A DNA stretch of 64,000 nt from Lama glama (Eukaryota), in NCBI GenBank assembly GCA_028534125.1, contig CM052832.1:24926001-24990000 (forward strand), written 5' to 3'. The stretch's first letter is position 1; every line of letters starts with the position of its first letter. Positions 50,621 to 63,258 of the stretch are shown one piece after another. The notes under the pieces were generated by a model. The model was not told the DNA's origin, did not search any database, and saw nothing but the letters and a program-made list of their open reading frames with translations. The position numbers were made by a program, and so were the translations under genes.

Positions 50621-51037
50621 TTTCTTTCTTTCTTTTATTGCAGTAGAGTTGATTTACAATATTGTGTGTGTTTCAGGTATATAGCAAAGTGACTCAGTTA
50701 TACATATATATGTATATATCTATATTCTTTTTTTCGGTTCTTTTCCATTATAGTTTATTACAAGACATTGAATATAGTTCCCTGTGCTGTTCAGTAAATC
50801 CTTATTGTTCATTTTATATATAGTAGTGTTCGTCTGTTAATCCCATACTCCCAATTTATCCCTTTTGTCTTTTCCTTTTGGTAACCATCAGTTTGTTTCT
50901 ATGACTGTGAGTTTGGTTCTGTTTTGCATGTAAGTTCATTTGTACTGTTTTTTAGATTCTACACATAGGGGTTATATGATACCACATTTGCCTTCTCTGT
51001 CTGACTTACTTCACTAGGCACGATCGTCTCTAGGTCC
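50621..51037 (-). mobile_element. Artiodactyl-type L1 3' end (5'-truncated)
   Basis: 'gttgatttacaatattgtg', 'aatatagttccctgtgct', 'tctgtctgacttacttcact'; the ORF2 tail 'DLETIVPSEVSQTEK' is in the ORF track. Confidence 0.9.
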
Positions 51038-51216
51038 ACCACCTCCTTCTTGAAAGTGTTCTCACTGAGCTCTCTGGGTGTCCTCCTACTTCGCTGGCCC
51101 TGCCTTCTCCTTTGCCAGATGCTACTCCGCATATTGGCCTCCAAGCACCCAGAACTCTTCTCTAGCTGTACCTTCATTCACCCAATCCCAGTCCTTTAGT
51201 TAAAAAGTACATTGAA

Positions 51217-51390
51217 GAGGGGAGGATATAGCTCAGTGGTAGAGTGCCTCCTTAGCTTGCATGAGGTCCTGGGTTCAATCCCCAGTACCTCCGTTAAAAA
51301 ATAAATAAGTACACCTAATTACCACCCCCCCGCAAAAGAACCAAAAAATGTAAAAAGAAGAAAAACTATATATTAAAAAACAAAAAACAA
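51217..51390 (+). mobile_element. tRNA-derived camelid SINE (Vic-1-like) with TSD
   Basis: Same body as the 46053 copy; TSD AAAAGTACA(T/C)TGA at 51203-51215 and 51389-51401; TT/AAAA endonuclease site. Confidence 0.92.
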
Positions 51391-53257
51391 AAGTACACTG
51401 AGCCACAGCTGCACCTTGTCATTCCCAGGGCCTATGTCATGGCAGCGCAGTGAGCCCCAGAAACCAGACCCCTGCTCCACAAGAGACATGCACAGGCCGG
51501 CACCTCAGACCCAGATGTCACCACTGCAGCAAGCGCACCTGCGCCCCAGGACCGGGCGTGCGGTAGCTCTGCGGGCATCTCCATCCCAGCACCCTGACTC
51601 CACTGCTGCTCTGAGTGCCCGCATGACTGACCTGGTGCAAAGGAGAAGCCCCTTAGCTAGAACTCACCCTCACAGACAGGAAAAAAAAAAAAAGGAACAA
51701 GAAGGTCCCAGCAGCCTTTGCCTCCAAGGTCCCTACTAGCCCCCAAGATCACTACCACCTACAGGACCCTCCCAGACCTGGCTGAGAAGAAGACTGTGCA
51801 GACTTTGCTGATGCTGATTTCAGCCTGGAGCCCACACCACTGTGCCCCCCAGGGGTCCCTGACGCTGCACCCCACCTATGTGGTGCCTTCATGGCCACCT
51901 TCAAGTGAGATTCTTTCCCCAGTGAAGAAAGGCTGAAAAGGCTGGGAGAGGTGACTGCTCCCTCGCGTTACCACTCTGTGATGTGGTCTTCATGTAACAG
52001 ACTGTGCTCTGTAAGTCAGCCCCATATTTTTACCCTAAAAGTTTGAAGCAGTAACCAGACACGGAACTGCATCAGCAGTCAACCCACTAGACAGGTCCCA
52101 CTCAGTGCATCTGTACCTCTTTTCAATTCCTTCCAAATATCTGTACAACCACAGGCCCCTAGCAGCCATAGGCAAAAACTGAGAGGCCACCCAGGGCCCA
52201 GACAGAGATAAAATTCAGCATGGCTTGTTTAAAAACAGTACAACAGTAAATAAAAACTTGTGACTTCCATTTCTGTGACATATCCAAATTGTTTTGGAGT
52301 TTATCAAAAACACTTGGAAGATGTAAACACTGGGAAAGTGAAAGCTATGGATTGGCCCAGCTGGCCAGAGTCTCCTGTAGACCAAAATAAGCTATTTGAA
52401 TGCTTGTGCCTGGCTGCAATTTGGGCGTTCTGTTCCTCTGGCTGGGGGGCTGAATCAGAACTAAAATTACGCTTTGACCTTGACTCAAAGGTGTGCATTC
52501 CTAGTTCAGCGCCTTGGTCCTTGAGCTCACCCAGATGGTGAGACTTCTGAGAGCGGGGAGCTTGTCTTCAATATCTTGAATCTCTTGCAACCATTACTCC
52601 TGAGGCTTATTTATAATTGGAGCCCAGTAAACGTGGACTGGTTCGTTGCCATGCGCTACTAAAATGGAATTGGGCTTCTGAGAGCTTGATATGTTGTCGA
52701 ATGGAAGTAGTGTTTTGTTTAATAATATGAGTAGCTTATGGGTTATAAAAAGGGAGTCTGTAACAGGCAGAAAAAAGTTTCTGGAAAAAAATTTTAAATT
52801 ATAGCACCAAAGAAGAAAAGAAACGGCACAGAAAATTTCAAATAATAAGAAAATACAGGTGTCTTGCTGCTGTTCGTAGAGCTGTCCAGACTGATCCCAA
52901 CGTCAGTCTCTTTCACATGGTTGGGGGAGAGAGTCCAGTCACAGTAAAATCAGGCACAGACACCCGGGGGTTCAGCAGTTAGGATGATGACCCGGAGGAC
53001 TGACCAGGCTGCAGAAGCAGCCGGCAGACACTGTGCGTGCTGGCAATGAGAAGTTACCATAAACTGTGCCATGAGCCACGTACAGAAGCAACTGTGAACG
53101 GTTCCTTACAAAGCTGAGCTCTTCCATCCCAACTGCAGTGGGTCCTCTCTTTCTATTGCTTCTCCTTCTCTCCAGGTATCTGCTACATTCTTTCACGGCA
53201 GTCAGGCTTCCTCCAAAGGGCAACAAGAATACCCACCACACCTGCCACTGGAGCTAC

Positions 53258-53636
53258 TGTTGTGGACTGAGTTGTGTTCCCCTCAAACTCATATGTTGAA
53301 GCCCTAACCCCCAGCTGACCCCAGAAAGTCACTATATTTGGAGATAGGGCTGTTAAAAAAAGAGATGGTTAAAATGAGGCCCTTAGGGTGGGGACCTAAC
53401 CCCATAGGACTAGTGTCCTTATGAGAAGAGGAAGAGACACCAGGGATGCACGCACAGAGGGAAGGTCACATGAAGACACAGCAAGAAGTTCATCTGCCAA
53501 CCAAGGAGAGAGGCCTCAAGAGAAACAAGACCCGCTGACACCTTGGTCTTGGACTTGGAGCCTCCAGGATGTAAGAAAATACATTTCTATTGTTTAGGTC
53601 CCCCAACCCTTCTGGTCTTCTTGTCAGACTAATACT
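53258..53636 (+). mobile_element. MaLR LTR (MLT1A0/B-like)
   Basis: 'tgttgtggactgagttgtgttccc...atatgttgaagccctaacccc', ends 'gactaatac'. Confidence 0.85.
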
Positions 53637-53857
53637 TCCCAGCTTTACTGAGAAGTAAATACTTTTCTTGTCAGCTTTACTTCCCACAGCTTCCGCACCT
53701 CTAGAGAGTGACTCTCAGTTCTGGTTTTTCAGCTACCCTGGGAGGACCGGCCTGGCTTAGAGTCAGGCTCAATCTTGGACCTGGCAGGACCCTGCACTGC
53801 AAGCGCAGAGCAAGGGTGCTGGCCCTTTATGCCGCATCCCTCTCTATGCATTCCTCC

Positions 53858-54786
53858 GGATTCAGCTAGGGTTCATTCAATCAGAGAAACAGGATATTAG
53901 GATATTTGCACATGAATACATGCACACACACATGAATTCATTACAGGGACTTGATGTTATGTAATTGTGGGTGTTGGTTAAACAGTCCCCATGAGGCTGT
54001 TTCTCTGCAGCTGATGCTGGCAGTTGAAGTTTTGGGGTCAGATAGCCTGCAGGGGAAGATGGATGCAAAGTGAGTGCTATGGACTGAATGTCTGTGTCCC
54101 CTCAAGATTCCTATGTTGAAGTCCTAATCCTCAAGACGATGGTATATGGAGGTGGGCCTTTAGGAGGGAATTAGGTCGTGAGGACAGAGCCCTCATGAAT
54201 GAGATTAGTGCACCGAAGAGGAGACGAGAGAGATGATCTCTCTCTGCCATGTGAGGACACAGTGAGAAGACGGCTGTCCACAAGCCGGGAAGAGAGCCCT
54301 CATTAAAACCCAGCCGCACTGGCACCCTGATCTCGGACTTCCAGCCTCCAGAGCTGTGAGAAGGAAACGTTTGTTGTTGCTGCTATGTAGCCTGAACTGA
54401 GACAGTGGGGGACCTTGCGGGTAAGCTGGAACCCATAGCACAGACAGAAATCCATGTCCTTCTCCCAGTGCCTCCAACCTTGATGATGGGGTGTCCCGCA
54501 GGACTCAGAAGTTAGAACCCTTTGTCACAGAGCTAGACAGCCACCTGGCCCAGGGGTTTGAAAAGTTGAGGGAGGGTCCCCGAGAAGGTGGAGTAGCTGC
54601 AGGCCAGCTGCCGTTCCCACCCTGACAACATGTGCCAGCAGATACATGATCATGTGCACGGGTGGCTAAGTGCAGAGTCTTGTGTAAGATGTCCCTGTGG
54701 CCCACCCAACTGAAAATATGCAAGGAGGGGAAATCTGAGGTGCACAGTACAGGCTAGCCACGTTGACACATGACAAAGCCACCGCA
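53858..54786 (-). mobile_element. ERVL LTR (MLT2E/F-like) split by MLT1A
   Basis: The end 'ctagccacgttgacacatgacaaagccaccgca' is the reverse complement of an MLT2 5' terminus; left end 'agggttcattcaatcagagaaacag'. Confidence 0.7.
54075..54404 (+). mobile_element. MLT1A-like solo LTR nested in MLT2
   Basis: TGCTATGGACTGAATG...GAGACA; 5-bp TSD gtgag/gtggg. Confidence 0.85.
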
Positions 54787-55854
54787 CTTTCTGAGAGCAG
54801 CTCCTCTCTGCAGGGCCACTTGGGTCTTTGGCTGCAGTGACCTGCCCCTGCCCTTTACCTTCTTGTCCCATGTTCCCCTTCCCACCTGGTTCCCTTCTTG
54901 CTTCCTCTCCATTTTCCCCCATTATCCATGAAGGTCAAAGTGCACCATGATTGGCTGTTTCAGAAATTGTTAGGATCAAGAAGGGCCCAAAAGGGCCTTG
55001 CCAATACCTAGTCAGGCTGTGGGGGCCACCACTCCTCAGTGCGATGGAAACCTGGGGTGCAGGCCCCCAACACAGGGTTTCTAACACTCTCAACACCAGT
55101 CTGAAACAGATTTGAACTGGTGTTTGGTTTTATTCTCTGGAGCCCAAAAAATGAGAATGAGGCAGATTATAATGATAATTTTACTTCCTCATATTTGGAA
55201 ACATATCTACCCAGCATTGAACAATGTTCTGGAAATGTAGTGGGTTTTTTTTTTTCCTCTTCTTCCCAGAGAGGGAATAAGTATCTTATTATCACAAATG
55301 AAACCTTAACAGATTCAGAGAAAAGGCTCTGTCACCCTTAAGAGTCTAAATCCAGATCCTTTACACACTCTCCACAGATATAGATCTCAGTTGTTCACCA
55401 CCTCTTACTGATCATAATCAAAAGATAGGAGAGACACATCTCCAAGTGGGAGGATCGGTCCTCAAGTAGAAGTGCCTGTTTCCATGGTGACATCCTGTTA
55501 AGTTACAGTTGGGAACAAGGAACTGAAAAAAGTAGTTGACTAGAGATTCTGAATTTTAAATCCGTATCATCAGAGTATTGAGGGATTTGAATGCCTCCAG
55601 AATAATTTCACATGATGGAAAGGATGAGTCACTAGTCATCTCATAAGGGCCATTCCTAGCTCAGGCAGGTAGCTTTGTATCTAGGCCTACCAGGAATTGC
55701 CGAGGAGACAGACTTGAGTTTAGTTACTGACTCTGAACTGGGAAGGCAGATCTGTCTTTGCTCACAGAACTCAAACTTCTCTGAAGCATGGCTTAAGAAT
55801 TGGTAATTCAACATGTGGATTTTCCTCTCCTGGGGTCAATTAAATACTCATCAG

Positions 55855-56030
55855 AACAATAGTGCAGTCTTGGTTGTAAGTTAGAATAAACTGGAGAGCT
55901 TCTTTATACTGATGCCAGAGTCCCACCCCTAGAGATTCCAATTCAATCCATTTGGACTGGGGCCCAGGCAATGGTATGTTTTCAAAGCTCCCCAATGAGT
56001 TCAGAGTGCATGTAGGGTCTAGGGTCTCTC
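55855..56030. mobile_element. MER5-family MITE
   Basis: 'cccaccccagagattc', 'ggggcccaggca', 'aagctccccaatga'. Confidence 0.6.
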
Positions 56031-56139
56031 TCCTGGTTAAATAGTTTCCACGGGTGGTTTAGGAGGCAGGTCTCCACTGCTCATACCTCCATTTCTCGAG
56101 TGTTCCTTATGGAGCAGACTGAAGAATGAATTAACCATC

Positions 56140-56295
56140 TGCCTTCACCTGTAAGCAACCCTCTGGGGTAGGTAGTATTATGATCTCCATTTTGTAAATG
56201 AGAAAACTGAAGTATAGAGAGGCTAAATCATTGCCCAAGTTGGCACAGCTACAAAGCATGGCTTCAAGTTCCAAGGCCATACTGTTAGCCACTGT
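56140..56295 (-). mobile_element. MIR SINE
   Basis: 'ctccattttgtaaatgagaaaactgaagtatagagagg'. Confidence 0.75.
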
Positions 56296-59149
56296 TACAG
56301 CGCCCTTCCCATCACTGGGTAGGCCAGTGGCCACTGAGAAAATGCCCAGTTGTCCACTTTTCACCATTTCACAAAAGAGGCACATTGGTTACTCACAGCA
56401 GGAAGTGGGGGGGGAGGGCAAGGCAGTCCAGGTGGTGCAATTCTTAGGGACCAGCCTTCCCAGGTGCAGAGCCAGGCAGAGAAGGGATTTGGGGGAAGAG
56501 CCAATGGAGGAGAACTAGCACACCCAGCAAGCAAGAGACTTTGGCATTGAGTCCGTCAAGAGCCCATTGTGTGACAGACATTGCTCTTCTCTCCAGGCTG
56601 GTGAGGGACTGGCCAAGCTTGCTGGGGGAGGAGGGAGCTCCCAGCTCTGCACAGCTTTGCGGCTGTAACTCACCAGCTTTTTTCCCCCAGATGTCTGACA
56701 CCTGGCGTCTTTGGAATCTGGCGTGAGTGCTTTGAGTTCTAAAACCTACAAGTAGAAGAGCATGAACCTTTCCTGTGAAGGCAAATCCTGCCCTCTTACT
56801 CCCATGTTTTCCGTAAACTGACATGGATTATGCAATCTGCCAAACTGTTTTTGTCCTAAGTGTGAGAGAAAGCTTGGGAGATGTGGTTTGGCAGATGAAC
56901 AGTGGAAATTCCCTGATAAATTTGGTTTTTGGAGATAAGAGAAAGATTATTGCCTCACTCATAAAGCCTTTCCCTGCACCCAATGCTAGAAAAATTTTAA
57001 ATGTGCAGTTTTGGGAGCAGGAGAAAGGAAATACAGAGAATGACTAGTGATCAAAATGTAAAGTCATGCAGAATTAGAAGAGATACATACAAATGAGGTG
57101 ACTTGTTGCAAAACCTGGGGAAGATGTGAATTGTTTGCATAATAACAGATGACTTCCCTCACCACCTCGATCCCGCCCCCAGTGCTCCCCGCCTCACCGC
57201 CCACGCCCAGCCCCTGGAGATCAGTGCCCTCCTGACAGCCTTGAGTCTCTCGGCACTTCTGACAACAGCACAGCAGCCCCCAGGCCTGCTCGCCCTTCAT
57301 CCTGGTTTGACAGGGTGCTAAGACTCCGTCAAATCAAAAGTGCATTGTCAATTTAAAAGCAGCTTTTTTTTTTTTTGAGGAGAAAAAGGCATTACCTAAT
57401 CATATGTTCACATTGATTTTCAGAAACACAAAATTAGAAAAAAATCTGTCAAACTTCAAATTTTCCAATTTCTAGGGTGCCAGTTAGAAATGGTTTTCTT
57501 AATTACAGTAATTCTCATGAAAGTACCAATGAGTCGGGGTTTGCTTAAGGAGAATTTTTCTCTTCCAGAGAGTATCCTGCCAACCTAAATGACTCTCCCA
57601 TTTGTGGCGCAGGGCGAAGGAGATCCTCTTCTCCAGAATGAGAGTCACTCATGTTCCATGAGCCTGTGAGTTGTAAAATCCCAGATTCTCCAATCTAGCC
57701 ATTTGACGAAGAAACTGAGGCCCAGAGTGGACAGGTGGGTGACCTGTTACATAGCAGATCTAGAATCCAATTCTCTAACTTCCAATCTCCAGCAGGCTAC
57801 CTCTGGCTCCCTCTCCTCAAGGATGTGGTCTCTAGCAATGGGAAGAGTTGGGAGAGTAAGAATAAAAGCCTTAGGAAGATATTAGCACATTACTGATGTT
57901 TGATTAAATGGGGCAAGATGTCGTTTTGCTAGAAGGGAGTGGGAAGGCCAATAGGGGCCGGACAAGAAGACAGGGTTTAGAAGCACTAACCAGAAAGAAG
58001 ACAGCAAACTTGTACCCAACTAGTTGGCATCAAGGTGACCCCTATCAAGAGATCATGCTTGATTGTTTGATGATAGTGACCCAAACTTGGCTACTTTTTT
58101 CCTAAGGTGCACAAGTCTAGCTACTATGATGATTACTAAGACATGAGGCACCCTGATGTGGAAACAGCAGCCCCCTAATGAAATGAGGTGCTGGCACCAG
58201 TCTTCCCAGGCTATCAGATAAGCCTCTTTGGTACCTAGGGCACAGGCAATAGCAGGCTCCCCCAACATCATCATACCTGTGGTTCTGCAGGGCTCCGGCT
58301 CACACCTCGGGGCTGCCTCTATAATTCAGGCTTGTGCGTTATGATGGTTCTCCCCTTGGTAAACCATGCTGGTAATGTGAAATCACTTGGTAAGCCGGGA
58401 AGGAATGGAATGCGTAATGGAAAAGCTGTACCCAATTTGCTCAGCCCAAGAATCTGATGGTTCAAAAGGTAAAAAGTGCTTCTTGCCAAAAATGGATTGT
58501 GAAGTAGATTAGAAAATAAAGGATGTTTTGCAGTCGCCACTTTGCAGCTCCCAGGTAGCCCTGAAGGCTGCAGCAACACCCCATCATCTTGACCACGAGG
58601 GAGCTGTGATGACCATTTCAAGTTATTTTAACTGTGTATTTCTTATCCTAAACTGTAGAAAAGAATCAGGATTCAAACTTAATTCCCTTCTCCTTACTAA
58701 TCTATGAAGAAAAATGAGCCTATTTATTGGGTCCTCAGGAAGTTGGGGATTTAGCTAGATCTAGTAACACCCTCTGACAAAGACAGAGTATTTCCCAGAA
58801 TAAGAGAAGCAATGTAAAATGTGGTATTCTAAAAAGTGTGTTCAATTGTGCATTAGACTAAACTGAAAAAATAAATTATAGGTGAAATTGCATGGAAAAA
58901 AGATTTCTGAGCTCTGTCTCTGATCCACTTATTAAGAACCATATTTAATGGGTCAGAATTTCATTAAACAGAAAGAAGTTAATGATCTCTTAAAGCTTGT
59001 CAAAACGGGTTTGACATATAGTAAGAAAATCATAATAATAATAACAATAATAGTGGCTTGTGTAAATGCTTATCTTGTGTCAAGGGAGAAATCAGTCACT
59101 TCCATGAGTCCTATAGTTGACACAAAACTAAGCATTCAGTAGACGTTAG

Positions 59150-59350
59150 GTACTGTCACAGTTTTCACATATAACCATGACAGGCCTATGAGTTATGTAC
59201 TCTTGTTGTTCCCACTTTGCACATGAGCGAAATGAGGTCCCGAGGCGTTAGGTAATTCATGCAAGCTGTGAAAACAGCTGTATGTGTTGGACGTGAGGTA
59301 TTGGTTCATTTCTGTCTAACTGGGAGGCCATGCTTTGGATCACTATGCTC
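59150..59350 (-). mobile_element. MIR SINE
   Basis: 'cccactttgcacatgagcgaaatgaggtcccgagg'. Confidence 0.6.
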
Positions 59351-59444
59351 CTGTACCTCCCTGCTGTCCACCTTGCCTTTGCCCATGTGGCAAAATCAGT
59401 TATGCAACTAAAGGTAAGGATCACACAGATTATATATGTGAATT

Positions 59445-59650
59445 TTTAGCATTACATACGGATAAGAATGTGGGCTTTGACACCAGCCCTATTATTTACC
59501 AAATGTGTGACCTTCCCCAAGCTACTTAACCTGTCTGTGTCTTGGTTCCCTTATCTGTAACATGAGGGTAACAATACCTCCCACATAGGATTGTTGGAAG
59601 AAAAATTAACACCAGATAACTCCTCTATAAATGGTACCTATTATTATTAC
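59445..59650 (+). mobile_element. MIR SINE
   Basis: 'tgtgtgacct...acttaacctgtctgtgtcttggttcccttatctgtaa'. Confidence 0.7.
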
Positions 59651-61669
59651 TAAGAAAACCTGCTGCTTAGATGTGAATACCCTCTCAGTGATAATACTTG
59701 TGTGTACAGTTTTTGTTATGCAGTTTTAACACAGTATTTATTAACAGTGTGGTAAAGACTGAGATACTTTTCCAATGTGGGAAGACACCGTCATCCCAGG
59801 TGACAGCTGTAAATTCTGGGAGACTGGGCTTGCTTCAGCCCTGTGAGTGATGGCCCAGAGTGCCTTAACCCACAAGGAATGGAGAGTCAATTATATCAAG
59901 TCCTTTTTCCCTTCGGGAGTTGTGGACACTGATGATTACACATTGTGTGAGGATGACTAAAATGATTAGAGTCCTTTTCACACGGAGCAGGTGTGAAGCT
60001 GTCATTTCCGTCCTGGCCACAGCTAGTGTTTTCAGAACAATCAGGTCAGGCAGCCTCTAGTTAGAGCAGGAGGTTCCTGCCTTCACTGGAGAGGTATGAG
60101 ACTCCCCAGGCAGGCTCTCTTGCCAGGAAGTATGAACCCCACATCTGTCATTCCACCAGTATACCTTCATCTCTAGCCCTCAAAGGCCCTTTCTCCTGCA
60201 GAATCCACTAATAGGGCTTAAATATGCCTGGAGGGTTCCAAGCTTTAGCAGCACCCACCCTGACTGCCTAATCACTTGACACCTTCTGCCAGCATCCAGA
60301 TGAAAAGTGAAAGACTTTTAAGGACTGGACCCAGGAGGGTGAGGGAGCCGGCAATGAAGCCAAGCTGTGAGTCTCTGTCCTGGTGTGGGTCTCCAAGCCC
60401 TTCAAGGTATTAACAGTATATCTTGCCCATAAAGAAACATTCAATAATTGAATTAGCTATTTGTGCCTTTGTCTGCAAGATTATAAGGAAAAGCTTCTGG
60501 GATCCATAACTCCTGCAGTCTTTATATGCCTTCATTAAGGGTCCCAGGACTAGTCTAAGGCTTTCCAGAACAAATGAAGGGCTTGATTATTCAATTATGT
60601 TTGCCATTAAACTATTGGTGATTTAATCATTTAAGTCTAATTAAAAATGGGCTACTCTGCTTAACGATTGCTTCCAAGGAGACAAATGCTCAGTAATTCC
60701 AAATATTTAACCCGCATCTTGCAGGGAATGTGGCTTTTATCAGGGCTGGGCCCTCGGGGGCTTTCTCAGTAAGTGCAGGTCTCACTCAGGCAGGTTGAGC
60801 TGTCCTTCTGTTAAGGATACTGTCCTCAAAGGCTAGGTGCTGATGTGATTCAATTACCTTTAAAGTGAGGCAGCAAAGGGGAAATGAAGTCGGTACATAC
60901 GACCATAGGAGACATTCTCTCTCCATTTCTTTGCAGTTCTAATGAACAAGTTTCCTTACTCAACATAGAGGCATTCAAGATTCATACTTAAGTGATAATT
61001 TTGAAAAACAAAATTGTTTTATCTTCTAGTGTATTTTCTTTTTTCCCCCTCTAAAGTATGTTTACCCATTTTAAAATCCAAAGTGTCGTAATCAGTTTTC
61101 ACAAAAAACTTACTGTCTTTTGGGCTTTTTTGGGGGGGGGGTGGTTATTGAAGAAAAAAAAACTGAATACAAAATTGTTATACTGATACCTTCATCCATC
61201 CTTGCTCAGTCTCCCAGCCTGGAAAACCACATATGGATTTTTCAGGCCTGTCCTACCTATTCAGTTCTGTAAGTGTGGAGACACAATGGTAGTAATAATG
61301 CATAAAGGTGAGTGGCAGAGAGGACCACCATTCATAACCATCTCCTTCCTCTGCTGTCCTAATATAGAATCCAGGAAATACTAGCCAAGACCAGACTCCA
61401 CTTTTGCCAAAGCCCTAAGTCCCCTACCCTCTTCTTCCCACTGCGGACCCCAGCAGAGGGAGGACACAGGCATATGCCAGTGACAGGTGGCTCAGAGGCC
61501 CCAGATGCACCTGGAGGTCCCCTCTCCTGCCTCAGAATAAGCACTCCTGGTGAGACAAAAGCCAGAGTTTGGTCTTGAATCTTGCTCAGCCCATAGTAGA
61601 TGGTGGGACTTGGGAATATTACCCAGCTTCTTGAGCCTCTATTTCCCTTTTTTCTTTTTTTTGGCATGG

Positions 61670-62161
61670 ATTTATTTATTTATTTTTTAACATTTTGCAT
61701 TGAGTTATAATCGTTTTATAATGTGTCAAATTCCAGTGTAGAGCACAATTTTTCAGTTATACATGAACATATATATATATGTATATATTCATTGTCACAT
61801 TTTTTTCTCTGTGAGCTACCATAAAATCTTGTGTATATTTCCCTGTGCTATACAGTATAATCTTGTTTATCTATTGTACGATTTTGAAATCCCGTCTATC
61901 CCTTCCCACCCTCCACCCCCTTGGCAACCACATGTTTATGTTCTATATCTATGAGTCTGTTTCTGTTTTGTATTTATGTTTTGTATTTTTTTGTTACTTT
62001 TTTAGATTCCACATGTGAGCAATCTCAAATGGTATTTTTCTTTCTCTTTCTGGCTTACTTCACTTAGAATGACATTCTCTGGGAACATCCATGTTGCTGC
62101 AAATGCCGTTATGTTGTCTCTTTTTATGGCTGAATGGTATTCCATTGTATAAATATACCAC
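61670..62161 (-). mobile_element. Young camelid L1, 3' UTR plus ORF2 C-terminus, running into the gap
   Basis: Open frame 'WYIYTMEYHSAIKRDNITAFAATWMFPENVILSEVSQKEKEKYHLRLLTCGI*' (62002-62160); (TTTA)n tail. Confidence 0.93.
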
Positions 62162-62661
62162 NNNNNNNNNNNNNNNNNNNNNNNNNNNNNNNNNNNNNNN
62201 NNNNNNNNNNNNNNNNNNNNNNNNNNNNNNNNNNNNNNNNNNNNNNNNNNNNNNNNNNNNNNNNNNNNNNNNNNNNNNNNNNNNNNNNNNNNNNNNNNNN
62301 NNNNNNNNNNNNNNNNNNNNNNNNNNNNNNNNNNNNNNNNNNNNNNNNNNNNNNNNNNNNNNNNNNNNNNNNNNNNNNNNNNNNNNNNNNNNNNNNNNNN
62401 NNNNNNNNNNNNNNNNNNNNNNNNNNNNNNNNNNNNNNNNNNNNNNNNNNNNNNNNNNNNNNNNNNNNNNNNNNNNNNNNNNNNNNNNNNNNNNNNNNNN
62501 NNNNNNNNNNNNNNNNNNNNNNNNNNNNNNNNNNNNNNNNNNNNNNNNNNNNNNNNNNNNNNNNNNNNNNNNNNNNNNNNNNNNNNNNNNNNNNNNNNNN
62601 NNNNNNNNNNNNNNNNNNNNNNNNNNNNNNNNNNNNNNNNNNNNNNNNNNNNNNNNNNNNN
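62162..62661. other. Assembly gap (500 N)
   Basis: Run of N. Confidence 1.
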
Positions 62662-63244
62662 TTCAATGAACTCACCACCACAGAGAAACCAGTTCCTGTT
62701 CTGTCCGACACCCACTAAATATGCAGCTTCAGAAAAAGAACCCTTGCCTTCCAGGAGTTAACAATTTAACAATCCTCAACTTTTCATTGCCTAGGCAAAA
62801 ATTACTTCCATTTCATTACATTCATTTTTTACAGATGCTTACATTTGATTTCTCAAGAGAATAGGAATAAAAGACTGCAGAAAATGCTTTGACCTATATT
62901 TTTCCAAACCGTTTCTCTAACAAATTCCAGACTTCCACCCTCACAGCCAAACACTTAATTAATTTTGTTTTGTTTTGTTTCTTAAGAAATATGTAATAAA
63001 TTCCAGGAATCAGGACTATTTAATACTCAGCCAAATACTTTTACGAAATGCCCTAAGGTTAGGCCAATTGCCTGGGCAAACAGCAACTCCATGAATTTGC
63101 CTTAAGATACTTCGGAACTGCCTTTGCCGTCAAGTATCCCCACCATCTACTCCTGGTAAAGGTGGTCCCAACTGAACAGAAATCAGTCATTGAACAAAAG
63201 AGGTGTCAGCAAGAAGACTCCTGGCCTTAGTGACTTTCCACACA

Positions 63245-63258
63245 CCACAAGAGGGAGC
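63245..63258 (+). promoter_or_regulatory. Candidate CTCF motif
   Basis: CCACAAGAGGGAGC, near-consensus, at the edge of a CpG-enriched zone. Confidence 0.4.

Noticed and set aside
45410..51390. tRNA-like sequences at 45410, 46053 and 51217
   Set aside because: They have A-rich tails, TSDs in two copies and no proper acceptor stem, so they are SINEs and not tRNA genes
59150..59650. Inverted MIR pair as a possible dsRNA hairpin
   Set aside because: The copies are too diverged for stable pairing, and such pairs are common
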